Position numbers and translations under genes: made by a program. From contig CAVZQN010000001.1 in the NCBI GenBank assembly GCA_963777505.1, positions 224,001 to 288,000 on the forward strand: 64,000 bases of DNA. The letters run 5' to 3'. Of this stretch, positions 30,124-39,478 are shown one piece after another (the first letter of the stretch is position 1; every line of letters starts with the position of its first letter). The notes beneath the pieces were generated by a model. That model had not been told where the DNA came from. It did no database searches and saw nothing but the letters and a program-made list of their open reading frames with translations. This DNA comes from an uncultured bacterium. Its GTDB lineage: Bacteria > Acidobacteriota > HRBIN11 > JAKEFK01.

Positions 30124-30300
30124 CAGCCGCCAAGACGCCATGACGCAAGAATTAATAAATACTCTCCAAACTTGGCGCCTTGGCGTCTTGGCGGTTGAAC
30201 TGTTCTTTACAGTTATTGAATCCTCCAAAATAGAAAATCGTACAATTTGCAATATGAGCTAAAAAGATAACCGGCAGAGGCTCTGAGTCTCTGCGGTTAA
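30124..30300. repeat. 9-nt-periodic inverted repeats between convergent genes
   Basis: gccgccaagacgcca.. / cttggcgccttggcgtcttggcggtt; aaccggcagag..ctctgcggtt. Confidence 0.55.
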
Positions 30301-30303
30301 AAA

Positions 30304-31020
30304 TTACTCAATCCAGCCCCACGGTACACCGGACTTTCGCGCTCGTTCCGTAAATTCATCCCAGCGCAACAGTGCTTCGTTTAATTGCGATTGAACCTCA
30401 TCGAATCGCTTGCATTCCGGAGGCTTCTCAAATGCCTGACTTAAATCACTTGGACGCCGATTGCCACCATAAATTTGAGTGGATTTTTTTTCGCGCGCTT
30501 TCGCACACGAAAATTCAGCCGCAATTTTTCGTTCGCGCAATCCTGTCAGCTCTTTACGCAAATCAGCCGCAGCCTTTCGCCAATACGATTCATCCAAATT
30601 CTTATCCTTTGGTACTTCAGATGCGGTTCCAGAGTCATACTCAGGATCACTTCCAACAGAAATTTCAGGAACTCTGTTCAAATCATCCTTTGTATAAACC
30701 CGTGAATTGCCCGTACGAGTTGCATGCAGCTCACGCGCAACATCGACAACACCCTTTTGTTGAGGTTGCGCCGGATCATCCGGAGGGATTGAATGCTCAG
30801 AAGGACGTCCCTGAGTATTCGCTTTTAGAGTTGCATCCAGATCGACAATGGTTTTCTTGATACTCAAAAAGACGCCGGAGGAATCATGAAGCTGAATCGT
30901 GGATGAATCCTCGCCAACAAGTTTTCCATGCAATTGTTTGCCTGAAAGCAAGACAACCGTGTAAGCGTTACAGACACTGACAAAAAGAATTGAAACAAAA
31001 AGGAAGGAATAGAAACGCAC
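30304..31020 (-). CDS. Exported hypothetical protein with a coiled-coil C-terminus
   Basis: Signal peptide; DESYWR..A, ARKSGVPWGW end. Confidence 0.6.
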   Translation of the reverse strand: MRFYSFLFVSILFVSVCNAYTVVLLSGKQLHGKLVGEDSSTIQLHDSSGVFLSIKKTIVDLDATLKANTQGRPSEHSIPPDDPAQPQQKGVVDVARELHATRTGNSRVYTKDDLNRVPEISVGSDPEYDSGTASEVPKDKNLDESYWRKAAADLRKELTGLRERKIAAEFSCAKAREKKSTQIYGGNRRPSDLSQAFEKPPECKRFDEVQSQLNEALLRWDEFTERARKSGVPWGWIE

Positions 31021-31063
31021 GGCAATATCCTTCCCGCCGTTTCAGTAGCAATTTAGAGGCTGG

Positions 31064-32533
31064 TTATTTCTTGACTGGAGCGCTGAGCTGCTGAATACGC
31101 TCTTGAAGCCGTTGAATTTTTGCTTCAAGATCGTTCTTTGTAAAAACAAGCTGTGCTTTCAGCTTCTCCTTTTCCTGATTCATGGACTGAACCTGGCTTC
31201 GGAGCGTTTCAATCTCGTCACCACGCATCCGAAGATCGTCCTGCAAATGGCTGATCGCTTCATCTTTTTCTGTCATTTCAGACATGTGCTTAGAACGAGA
31301 TTCATCATAAACCTTTTTAATTTCTTGCAATTCTTGAATTTTCGAAAAATCCGATAATGGTGCTGCCATTAGATCCTCTCCTCCCATGGGTGATGAACCC
31401 ATCTCCATAAAATCACTTGCAGATATTTCGCCCATTTCACCGGTATGTTCCGACTCTGTCTTCGCGCCAAACAAAAACTTGCGAAGCTCAAGGTCCAAAT
31501 CTGCAGGATTTGTTGAAACTGCCATCGCCGTTTCCTTTGTGATACATCCATTCAAAATCAAAGCGATGAGGGACTGATTCATGCTTTGCATTTTGAAATA
31601 CGCAACAGACTTTTCCATCTCTTCTTCGATTTCACCCACGCTGCCTTCAAGTATCAACTTATGAATGCGAGGGTTATCACGTAAGATTTCTACTGCCGCA
31701 ATCAAACCAGGCCCATCACAACGCGCAACTAGCTTTAATGAAATAATTCCTTTCAAAACCTGCGATAGCTGAATTCGAATTTGCCGGTGCTGACCCTCAG
31801 GAAAGCTATCGATAATACGATCAATACTCTGTGCAGCGCTATTTGTGTGAAGTGTGCTAAAGACCAGATGTCCGGTTTCGGCTGCAGTCATGGCTGTAAT
31901 AATTGTTTCCGAATCACGCATTTCGCCAACCATGATGACATCAGGATCCTGACGCAAAGTATTGCGCAGCGCTTGTTGGAAAGTAGTTGTGTCATCTCCA
32001 ACTTCGCGCTGACTGATTGCGCCGACAGCATCGCGAAACAAAAATTCGATAGGATCCTCAATCGTTACAATATGGACAGCCCGTTTTTCGCTAATCTCTT
32101 TAATCATTGCCGCAAGCGTTGAGGATTTTCCTGATCCTGTCGGACCAGTAACCAGAACTAACCCTTGAGGCAGCTTACAAAAGTCATAAATGCTTTCGGG
32201 AAGTCCCCAATCATCAATACTTGGAAAATTGAATGGAATCCGGCGGAAAACTGCACTGGGCGTTCCGCGTTGATAAAAGACAGTTGCTCGAAAGCGAGAA
32301 ACTCCTGGCAAACTGTATCCAAAGTCTACATATAAAGACTCTTCGAGATGTCTTTTCTGTTTTTCGGTAAGGACCTCTTTAATCAATTTATCGATGTGTT
32401 CAGGGGGAAGCGGTTGTGCTTGAATCGGTGTGAGTCTGCCCTCGATTCTTAGTAATGGAGGACGCATCGGCTTCAGATGCAAATCTGAGGCCTTCTGCGA
32501 AACCATGAACTTTAACAGGTCATTTAAATGCAA
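31064..32533 (-). CDS. pilT: Type IV pilus retraction ATPase (PilT/PilU family) with a long coiled-coil C-terminal extension
   Basis: ASDLHL, VTGPTGSGKSSTL, TIEDPIE, LRQDPDVI.VGEMRD, AETGHLV.STLHT. Confidence 0.88.
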   Translation of the reverse strand: MHLNDLLKFMVSQKASDLHLKPMRPPLLRIEGRLTPIQAQPLPPEHIDKLIKEVLTEKQKRHLEESLYVDFGYSLPGVSRFRATVFYQRGTPSAVFRRIPFNFPSIDDWGLPESIYDFCKLPQGLVLVTGPTGSGKSSTLAAMIKEISEKRAVHIVTIEDPIEFLFRDAVGAISQREVGDDTTTFQQALRNTLRQDPDVIMVGEMRDSETIITAMTAAETGHLVFSTLHTNSAAQSIDRIIDSFPEGQHRQIRIQLSQVLKGIISLKLVARCDGPGLIAAVEILRDNPRIHKLILEGSVGEIEEEMEKSVAYFKMQSMNQSLIALILNGCITKETAMAVSTNPADLDLELRKFLFGAKTESEHTGEMGEISASDFMEMGSSPMGGEDLMAAPLSDFSKIQELQEIKKVYDESRSKHMSEMTEKDEAISHLQDDLRMRGDEIETLRSQVQSMNQEKEKLKAQLVFTKNDLEAKIQRLQERIQQLSAPVKK

Positions 32534-32608
32534 ACGAGTTCCCTTCTTGTTTTGCTATTATACAGAACAATTTAACCGGCAAACAGTCCCCGGGACTTGA
32601 AGATCTCG

Positions 32609-32638
32609 AATAGAGGATAGAAGATAGAGGATAGAGGA
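32609..32638. repeat. 7-mer tandem repeat (ATAGAGG)x4
   Basis: atagagg atagaag atagagg atagagg. Confidence 0.55.
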
Positions 32639-32646
32639 AAAATGGC

Positions 32647-33156
32647 GTGAATCTCAAAACCCTGGTAAGCACACTTAAACAAATGCTCCAGCAAGCAATT
32701 TCGGGGCAAAAAGGGAACGTTCTCGTCGAAGGGTCCCAGGCGCCAGAATTTGAGATTAACGACGAAAGCGGCAAAAAGCATACCTTAAATCAATATAGAG
32801 GTAAGAAAGTAATTCTGTGGTTTTATCCTCGTGCGATGACGCCGGGGTGAACTGAAGAAGGAAAACGATTCCGGGATCGAATCGATGAATTTACTAAACG
32901 AAATAGCATTGTTTTGGGAGTCAGCACGGACACCGCGGAAGACAATCGCGCATTTAAAGCGAAAAACGCTTTCCCGTTTCCCCTTCTTTGCGATGTTGAT
33001 GGAATGCTTTCACTAAAATATGGAGCTACAAATTTCAAAAACGCTGCTTTCTCGAACCGGATCAGTTATTTGATTAATGAACATGGAGTTATTGAAAAGG
33101 CTTTTAAGAAAGTCATCCCCGCAAATCATGCCGAAGAACTACTTCAACTTTTGTAA
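32647..33156 (+). CDS. bcp: BCP/PrxQ peroxiredoxin, selenoprotein (Sec at TGA 32848-32850)
   Basis: FYPRAMTPG-TGA-TEEG continues in frame to VLGVSTD..FPFPLL.D..R.SYLI; the TGA replaces the peroxidatic Cys of TPGCT. Confidence 0.85.
32866..32884 (+). promoter_or_regulatory. Candidate bacterial SECIS hairpin
   Basis: cgatt(c)cg-GGAT-cgaatcg; G-initiated loop about 24 nt after the UGA. Confidence 0.6.
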
Positions 33157-34336
33157 GGTCTTTGTTCTCTTAATACCCTTCCTCTTTCCTATCTCGGCCT
33201 TATCAGCAGCACAAGATCCACTCTTACCGCCCCAGTTAGACGAATTGAGAACTCAAGGTTTCACGCATCTTTTCAACATGCGGTATCAAGAAGCCCAATC
33301 CAGTTTTGAATCGATGACTCAAGCAGATCCCAAACATCCAGCGGGGTACATTTATACAGGGAATGCAATCTGGCTTCACCATCTTGCGGATCTTCGAAGA
33401 CTGCAATCGAATGTATACAACAAGAGCGATGCTTTCTTTGATAATGAAAAACAAGAAAAAGCGAACCCAAAAGTCGATACGGAATTCCGCAAGAACATGA
33501 ATAAAGGAGTTGAACTAGCTGAGTTAAGACTCGAGAAAAATCCAAATGATATTGAAGCTATCTATTTCCTCGGAGTTGCAAAGAATATCCTTGCCGGCTA
33601 TGAAGCGACAGTCAATCGAAGTTTTTTTTCAGCCCTTCGCAATGGATCAAAAGGTGTGGATCTTCACAGAGATCTAATCAAACGGGATCCCGCATTCATT
33701 GATCCTTACCTGTCCGTTGGAATGTATGACTACATTGTTGGAAGTTTGCCGGTTGCAGTAAAAATCCTCGTTTTCTTTGGCGGTGTTCATGGGTCAAAAA
33801 AGAATGGACTTGCTGCGGTAGAAAAAGTGTATCGGGATGGAGGATATGCCCGCGATGAAGCCGCAGTCCTTCTGGTGATGCTCTATAACCGTGAAAAACG
33901 GCTTTCGGATGCTTTAAATGTAATGAATTATGTTTCTGAAAAATATCCCGAGAATTCACTCTTTGCGCTTGAACGTGCGATGACTCTTGCGCAGCTCAAA
34001 AAGTTTGTACAAAGCCAGGAAGCCTTTGATTCGATTCTTAAAAATACGAGAGCAATGAGTTACATGCCTGATGTTATTTACTATCAATATGGTGAAGCAT
34101 TGTTTTCTGCAGGAGATTGGGATACTGCCGCCTCAAGGTATGCGGAAGCAGCGAATTCTCCAAAAGCACCCGCCGCTTTAAAAACGATGGCATTACTGAA
34201 TGAAGGCCGATGCTATGATGCGATGGGAAAACGCGAACTTGCGTTGAAACGCTATAGCGAAGTCTTAAAAAGACCCGATGTATTTGAATCACACAAAGCC
34301 GCCAAAGAGTTAACAAAAACTCCATTCAAACCTTAA
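33128..34336 (+). CDS. Exported TPR-repeat protein
   Basis: Signal-like N-terminus; DP..P.GY, A.Y.LG and DPYL..G.Y.Y TPR-like helices. Confidence 0.7.
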   Translation: MPKNYFNFCKVFVLLIPFLFPISALSAAQDPLLPPQLDELRTQGFTHLFNMRYQEAQSSFESMTQADPKHPAGYIYTGNAIWLHHLADLRRLQSNVYNKSDAFFDNEKQEKANPKVDTEFRKNMNKGVELAELRLEKNPNDIEAIYFLGVAKNILAGYEATVNRSFFSALRNGSKGVDLHRDLIKRDPAFIDPYLSVGMYDYIVGSLPVAVKILVFFGGVHGSKKNGLAAVEKVYRDGGYARDEAAVLLVMLYNREKRLSDALNVMNYVSEKYPENSLFALERAMTLAQLKKFVQSQEAFDSILKNTRAMSYMPDVIYYQYGEALFSAGDWDTAASRYAEAANSPKAPAALKTMALLNEGRCYDAMGKRELALKRYSEVLKRPDVFESHKAAKELTKTPFKP

Positions 34337-34445
34337 CCATTCCTGCCCGCGATTCAATATCAATTTGCAGGGTGATTTTCCTAACTTTAGTCAGGGTTGC
34401 CATGCTGAGCCCGAGTCGATAATGAGTGCAGGAGGAATCATCACC

Positions 34446-34826
34446 ATGAAGGTAACCCGGAACGTCAATTTAGATTCTGTGAGTCAGATTGAATCAAAAA
34501 GTGTTCAGAATGATGCGAAGACGTCTCAAGCTTCAGTTAATAAGGAAATTGCGGCTCCTGCCCAGCAGCTCTCTGTTCCTGAAAGAAATGCAAAGCTTGC
34601 CCATCTCGATCTTGAAGGAACTACAAAACAATTTTCGTTAAAAACTAAACTCGATTCAGATCAAAAATCAATCGAAACTGTTTTTAAGGATGTGAAACTT
34701 TATGCGGAACCGAATGCAAAACACGAAGGCGTAGGCCCCTGTGGTGCAGTGGGACCGTGCAATGTAACGGGGCCGTGCAATGTAACAGGACCGTGTGATA
34801 ACGAAGCAGTTGGGCCCTGTGACTAA
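34446..34826 (+). CDS. Putative precursor peptide, 126 aa, with five C-terminal (V/T)GPC repeats
   Basis: GGAGG RBS before ATG 34446; C-terminus GVGPCGAVGPCNVTGPCNVTGPCDNEAVGPCD; 20 nt upstream of the JmjC gene. Confidence 0.7.
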   Translation: MKVTRNVNLDSVSQIESKSVQNDAKTSQASVNKEIAAPAQQLSVPERNAKLAHLDLEGTTKQFSLKTKLDSDQKSIETVFKDVKLYAEPNAKHEGVGPCGAVGPCNVTGPCNVTGPCDNEAVGPCD

Positions 34827-34846
34827 AAGGATCTGAGGACCTAACC

Positions 34847-36158
34847 ATGATGCTACTAGAGGAAGAAAATATTTCGGCTCAAACTCAGCTTGCTGCAAAG
34901 TTCAGTCTTTCGCGTGACTTTTGGTATGGCTTTTTTTTGCAATCGTGGGGAAAGTATCCGCGAATTCTAAGAAAGCCATTGTCCAACTTGCTTGCCGCTC
35001 CTGAAGAAGTTTTAAAAGCGTTGATTCAAGCTTCGGATCAGTATCGTAAAGGTGAACTCAATACTCCGATCGGATTCTTTGTTGAATATGCAAAGCAATT
35101 GGTAGACGTTCCAACATACCTTCCGGAATCCTGCGATGTTTCATCTGGAAGCGTATGCAAGGCGTGTGGATGAGCTATTGAGACACAGGAAGTTTGGTTT
35201 GATAGCCGAACATTTTCAAATTCACGATTCAAGCATCTGGTTCCGCATCCGTGAATTTCTTCAAGGCCTTTACGAATTTACAGGCCTTCCAGGTGAAGAT
35301 ACGAAGGCAACGATTTTCATCGGGAATTATGATCGAACGCCTCTCGGACTTCACAAAGGCAATTCGCATAATTTTATGTTTGTGCTTTACGGCCGCAAAA
35401 GAATCCGGCTCTGGCCAAAGAAATATTTTAAGAAATCAGACCGCATTGAGCATTCGATTGCTTACGATAAATTCAATGAGGATTCAGTTTTGCTTGAAGG
35501 AAATCCTGGCGACATTCTTTACTGGCCATCCGGATACTGGCACATTGGAGAATCGGCTGAAGATCGTGAACTTTCGATGGGTCTTAGTCTCGCGCTTTTC
35601 ATGGATTCACGCCGCTCAGTCGTTGGTTGGAATACATTAGCAAGACTCCTTCACGCCCGGATTCAAGCTAAGGAAAGCGGATCGAATAAACTGTTTGGTC
35701 TGAAGAGTCATAAGCAGAATCTTGAATCGCTTCCGGATCTCGCGAAACAAACAAAGCTGGCGATTCGCGAGTTATCTGATGATCCATCATTGGAAAAAGC
35801 TGTTGAAGTAACAGTTTTGAATTACCTGACATCGATGGGATTTACACGCGTACCGGTTCTGAACTTCGAAGAAAATCTGGAAGAACATGACACGATCAGC
35901 GGCGTTCCGGGTTCGCCGATTTTGTGGATTCCGTGGAATGATGATCAGCTCTTATGTTCTGCAAATGGTCATGCCTTTACAATGCCTGACGCGGAAGATT
36001 ACTTACAGATTCTTGAGAAACTAAATCGAGGTTCTTGCAGGACCGTAAAAAAATACATTTCCAATTGCGAAATGCCCGCCATCGCACATCAACTTCTTCA
36101 AAAGTTGTACAGCCACGGTGCAATTAGTGTGTCTTCGAAACAGAGTCTCTGCGGTTAA
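34847..36158 (+). CDS. JmjC/cupin-4 (YcfD/ROXA-like) Fe(II)/2OG oxygenase with an HxG motif, frameshifted near 35143
   Basis: N-terminal FF.QSWGK.P.ILR (frame of 34847); FIGNY..TP.GLHKG, F.FVLYGRKR..LW, G.PGDILYWP..YWH (frame of 35136); one extra base joins the frames. Confidence 0.8.
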
Positions 36159-36200
36159 TCCTTTTCGGGATTCTGCTTGATCATCGGATAAAATGGAAAT

Positions 36201-37937
36201 ATGCGACCGGTTTGTCTAACAATCTTCATCTTCTTTTCTGTACAACTGGGATTTAGCGCACCAGCTGCCGATCTGATTCTGATCAACGGCAAAATCATCA
36301 CAGTGGATGCAAAAGATTCCATTGCGCAAGCAATTGCGATTCGTGAAGGGAAGATTCTGGCTGTTGGAACCAACGAAGAGATTCGAAAACAAGCCGGGAA
36401 CGATACTCGTATCATCGATCTTCATGGACGCACTGCGACACCGGGTCTCATTGACACACACTGCCACTTTGATGCGACAGCTGATTTGTATGCGATTGAT
36501 CTGAGCAACGTGAAGAGTATCGGCGAATCAGTTGAGCTTGTGCGGAAAAAAGTTTCGGAAGTTCAACCAGGTACCTGGATTCGCGGCCACGGATGGGACG
36601 AAAGTAAATTGAAGGAGTTGCGTTACATCACGGCTGCGGATCTGGATAAAGTCTCACCGAATAATCCTGTTTGGCTCTGGCATACCACGTGGCACTACGG
36701 AGTCGCAAATTCGAGGGCTTTGAAGCTTGCAAAAATTACTGCAGAAACGAAAGATCCGGAAGCAGGCACCATCGATCGAGATTCAAATGGCCATCCCACT
36801 GGCGTTCTAAAGGAAGATCCCGCTATGGATCTTGTTGCTCGACTGATCCCACCTTATACACGCGAACAGCAGCGGGCTGGCATTTTGAAAATAATGTCGG
36901 ACTTCAATCGTGAAGGCATGACAGCGGCAAAAGATCCCGGCATTCCGCCGGAACATTGGAAACTGCTTCACGAACTTCTTCAGGAAAAACTGTTTACGGT
37001 CAGGATTTTTGCGCTGCTCCTCGCAGGTACAAACATGGAGTCCGCGAAAGCTGCGCTTGCCCAACTCCAACCGCTTCCAAGGCCTCCCAAATCATTTGAT
37101 GAAGGGATGCTGTTTGCAGGCGGCGTGAAAATTTTTATGGATGGCAGCGGCAGCGCGCGCACAGCCTGGGTTTATGAACCATGGCATAAGAAGTCGGTGG
37201 AAATCGATACAGGAAACACCGGATATCCTTCGCTCGATCAAACTGTGTATCAACAAATGGCCAGGCTATTTCACAATGCAGGAATTCATATCGGTACTCA
37301 TGCCGTTGGTGACCGTGCGATCGATTGGGTTGTAAACACCTATTCTCAGTTGCTTCAAGAAAAACCTGTAAAAGGGCTTCGGCACAGCATCATTCATTGC
37401 AACATTCCAACCGATCATGCAATCGAGACGATGGCAAAGCTTCAAAAAAATTACGATGCAGGTTATCCCGAAGCGCAAGCGCCGTTTATGTGGTGGATTG
37501 GTGACACCTACGCAGGAACATTCGGTCCGAAACGCAATCTTCGACTCATGCCGTTTCGGACGTATTTGAAAAAAGGGATCCTGTGGGCCGGCGGATCCGA
37601 TTTTTCGGTCACGCCATTTCCTGCACGCTATGGACTCTGGTCCACTGTCGAACGAAAAACACTCAACGGTATCTACGGCTCACAACCTTTCGGGACCGAT
37701 GAATCAGTGGATGTTCGTGTCGCATTGAAATCATTCACAATCTGGGCCGCACGACAATTGTTTCTGGAAGATAAAATTGGCTCTCTGGAAGTTGGAAAAG
37801 ATGCAGACATCGCTGTATGGGACCGCGACCTCTACACGATCCCATCGGCCGATCTAAAGAATCTGAAATGCGAACTGACACTCCTGAAAGGCCGCGAAGT
37901 TTACCGAGCAAAAGACTCACCACTGACTGGAATCTAA
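36201..37937 (+). CDS. Exported amidohydrolase (YtcJ-like, Amidohydro_3)
   Basis: Signal peptide; PGLIDTHCH, GVKIFMDGS, HAVGDRA, IIHC, GGSD, GSLEVGKDAD. Confidence 0.88.
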   Translation: MRPVCLTIFIFFSVQLGFSAPAADLILINGKIITVDAKDSIAQAIAIREGKILAVGTNEEIRKQAGNDTRIIDLHGRTATPGLIDTHCHFDATADLYAIDLSNVKSIGESVELVRKKVSEVQPGTWIRGHGWDESKLKELRYITAADLDKVSPNNPVWLWHTTWHYGVANSRALKLAKITAETKDPEAGTIDRDSNGHPTGVLKEDPAMDLVARLIPPYTREQQRAGILKIMSDFNREGMTAAKDPGIPPEHWKLLHELLQEKLFTVRIFALLLAGTNMESAKAALAQLQPLPRPPKSFDEGMLFAGGVKIFMDGSGSARTAWVYEPWHKKSVEIDTGNTGYPSLDQTVYQQMARLFHNAGIHIGTHAVGDRAIDWVVNTYSQLLQEKPVKGLRHSIIHCNIPTDHAIETMAKLQKNYDAGYPEAQAPFMWWIGDTYAGTFGPKRNLRLMPFRTYLKKGILWAGGSDFSVTPFPARYGLWSTVERKTLNGIYGSQPFGTDESVDVRVALKSFTIWAARQLFLEDKIGSLEVGKDADIAVWDRDLYTIPSADLKNLKCELTLLKGREVYRAKDSPLTGI

Positions 37938-38578
37938 AAGATATTAGGAATGAACTTCTTCAAGTAGATTAACCGTAAATCAACGGAAAGAATGATCCTT
38001 TCCGTAGTCCCTTGATGTCGAACTGAATGAGGATATTGACCTCCATCTTTAAAGGCTAGCAACTCTCCTTCAACCCAAGTCTGAGTTTCATCTCCAACAG
38101 TAATTTCGCATGCCGGGTCGCACTTTAATCCGAGTTGTACTCGCAAGTAGGTGAAGCACCAACCGTGATGTGGCTTAATGTAACTTCCTGGTTTCAACCT
38201 GCTGACAAATGCATTGGCAAGATTTCCTTGTTGCTCCAACTCACCAATCATCTTTGTTGTGAACGGGCATTGAGATCGAGTCCATTCAGTGTAGGAGACA
38301 ATGTCGAATCCGAGCCGATCTTTTGATATGTCCATGAAATCTTCATTAAACACTGACAACGGAAAGGCCTTCCAATAATTTTCATAGAGACAGGTTTCTT
38401 GTTTTTGATCAACGGGATTTACATATGAAAATTGCGGATAATCTCGCAAAGGATCTTGAGTTTTTATGAAGTTCAAAATCTCATCTTTGATTTCAGCGTA
38501 ATGCGATACTAAGCTGTTACAGATAGGAATTCGTTCCAGATAGTCATTCCAAAATCTACACTCCTCTGCCCTGCTCAT
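37934..38578 (-). CDS. Aspartyl/asparaginyl beta-hydroxylase (AspH/LpxO) family 2OG oxygenase
   Basis: CP.T, FVSRLKPGS.IKPHHG, LRVQLGL, W.EG..L.F.D...HSV.H.G...RIIL.VD. Confidence 0.82.
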   Translation of the reverse strand: MSRAEECRFWNDYLERIPICNSLVSHYAEIKDEILNFIKTQDPLRDYPQFSYVNPVDQKQETCLYENYWKAFPLSVFNEDFMDISKDRLGFDIVSYTEWTRSQCPFTTKMIGELEQQGNLANAFVSRLKPGSYIKPHHGWCFTYLRVQLGLKCDPACEITVGDETQTWVEGELLAFKDGGQYPHSVRHQGTTERIILSVDLRLIYLKKFIPNIF

Positions 38579-38834
38579 TTTTGATCTTGCGGAGCCGTTC
38601 CAATAGCTTCTGTCACTTTTTAATCACGTCCCGAACGGACGATGCGTGCCGGGCAACTCTATCTGGAATTACAATCTGGAATTCTTCTTCCAGTTCAAAG
38701 AGAATTTGAAGTCGATCGACTGAATCAATGTCGAGTGAATCAAAAGTAGTGTCGATATTGATGGGGATTTTTTTTCGGCTACATCCTTTAGAGATTGCAG
38801 AAATGGCGCGTTCTTCTATCGTCCTATCGTTCAT
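38575..38834 (-). CDS. Acyl carrier protein (probable -1 indel in an A-run near 38617 truncates the C-terminal helix)
   Basis: FDSLDIDSVDRLQILFELEEEF phosphopantetheine motif; adding one A gives ...KKVTEAIGTAPQDQK* ending in an ATGA overlap with the hydroxylase. Confidence 0.82.
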
Positions 38835-38858
38835 ACATTCTATTAGGACGTCGCGATC

Positions 38859-39404
38859 TTACTGACCAAAAATGTTCGGGTTAATTGCCACTTCTGGGCG
38901 TGCGCATTCTGCACGTATAGAAATGCCATGATCCTCAATCATAGGATCTAGAAACTTCATATCCTTAGGACCTGAAAGGGATGGATCTAAATCTTTGGAT
39001 TGATAGTGAAGCGGTTTATCCAATTTAGCAGCCAAAGCGCCAGCATCCTGAAACTTGCGAACCTCACTTTCCGGCAGACGATTGAGAGTAGCATTCTGAT
39101 CCGGCGTCAGCGCAAAGTTCGTTTTGACAAAGCCTTTGAAGTCTTTGAATGCTTCCGGATATTGCTTTGGAGTCAGACCAGATTGAAGCACATGATTCAT
39201 TGAAGCATCGCTCATGATTACTTTGCCTTCTGATTTTCCAGCTAAATAAGCCGTGCGAAATGAATCCACTTTTGAAGATTCAAATGAGTCATTTGTATTA
39301 GCGATACCTGGTTGCGATTTAGCGGGACTTGCTGGTTGTTCAGTGTTGCTTTGAATCTCTGAGTTTACAGGGGCATTCCGGTTAGTTCTTGAAAGAGGAT
39401 CCAT
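38859..39404 (-). CDS. Hypothetical protein with a low-complexity S/T/N/Q/P N-terminus
   Basis: GGAGG RBS; 181 aa; lies between FAAL and ACP; no family recognised. Confidence 0.7.
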   Translation of the reverse strand: MDPLSRTNRNAPVNSEIQSNTEQPASPAKSQPGIANTNDSFESSKVDSFRTAYLAGKSEGKVIMSDASMNHVLQSGLTPKQYPEAFKDFKGFVKTNFALTPDQNATLNRLPESEVRKFQDAGALAAKLDKPLHYQSKDLDPSLSGPKDMKFLDPMIEDHGISIRAECARPEVAINPNIFGQ

Positions 39405-39478
39405 TTAACCTCCACATTCCCATCTGGAATTATTAATGCTGAGTATACTTCGTTTCGAAGGCTCTGCAAAAGTTCACG

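Noticed and set aside
34391-34422. Sigma-28 promoter (GTCGATAA) upstream of the GPC precursor
   Set aside because: The -10 resembles GCCGATAA but there is no TAAA-like -35 at the expected spacing
38160-38180. PHHG in the AspH-family enzyme as a halogenase signature
   Set aside because: AspH/LpxO enzymes natively have PHxG and a two-His site, so it is not diagnostic here
38613-38615. TGA ending the ACP as a third Sec codon
   Set aside because: Not a redox Cys position and no clear SECIS; a missing A in the preceding A-run gives a normal ACP end with an ATGA overlap
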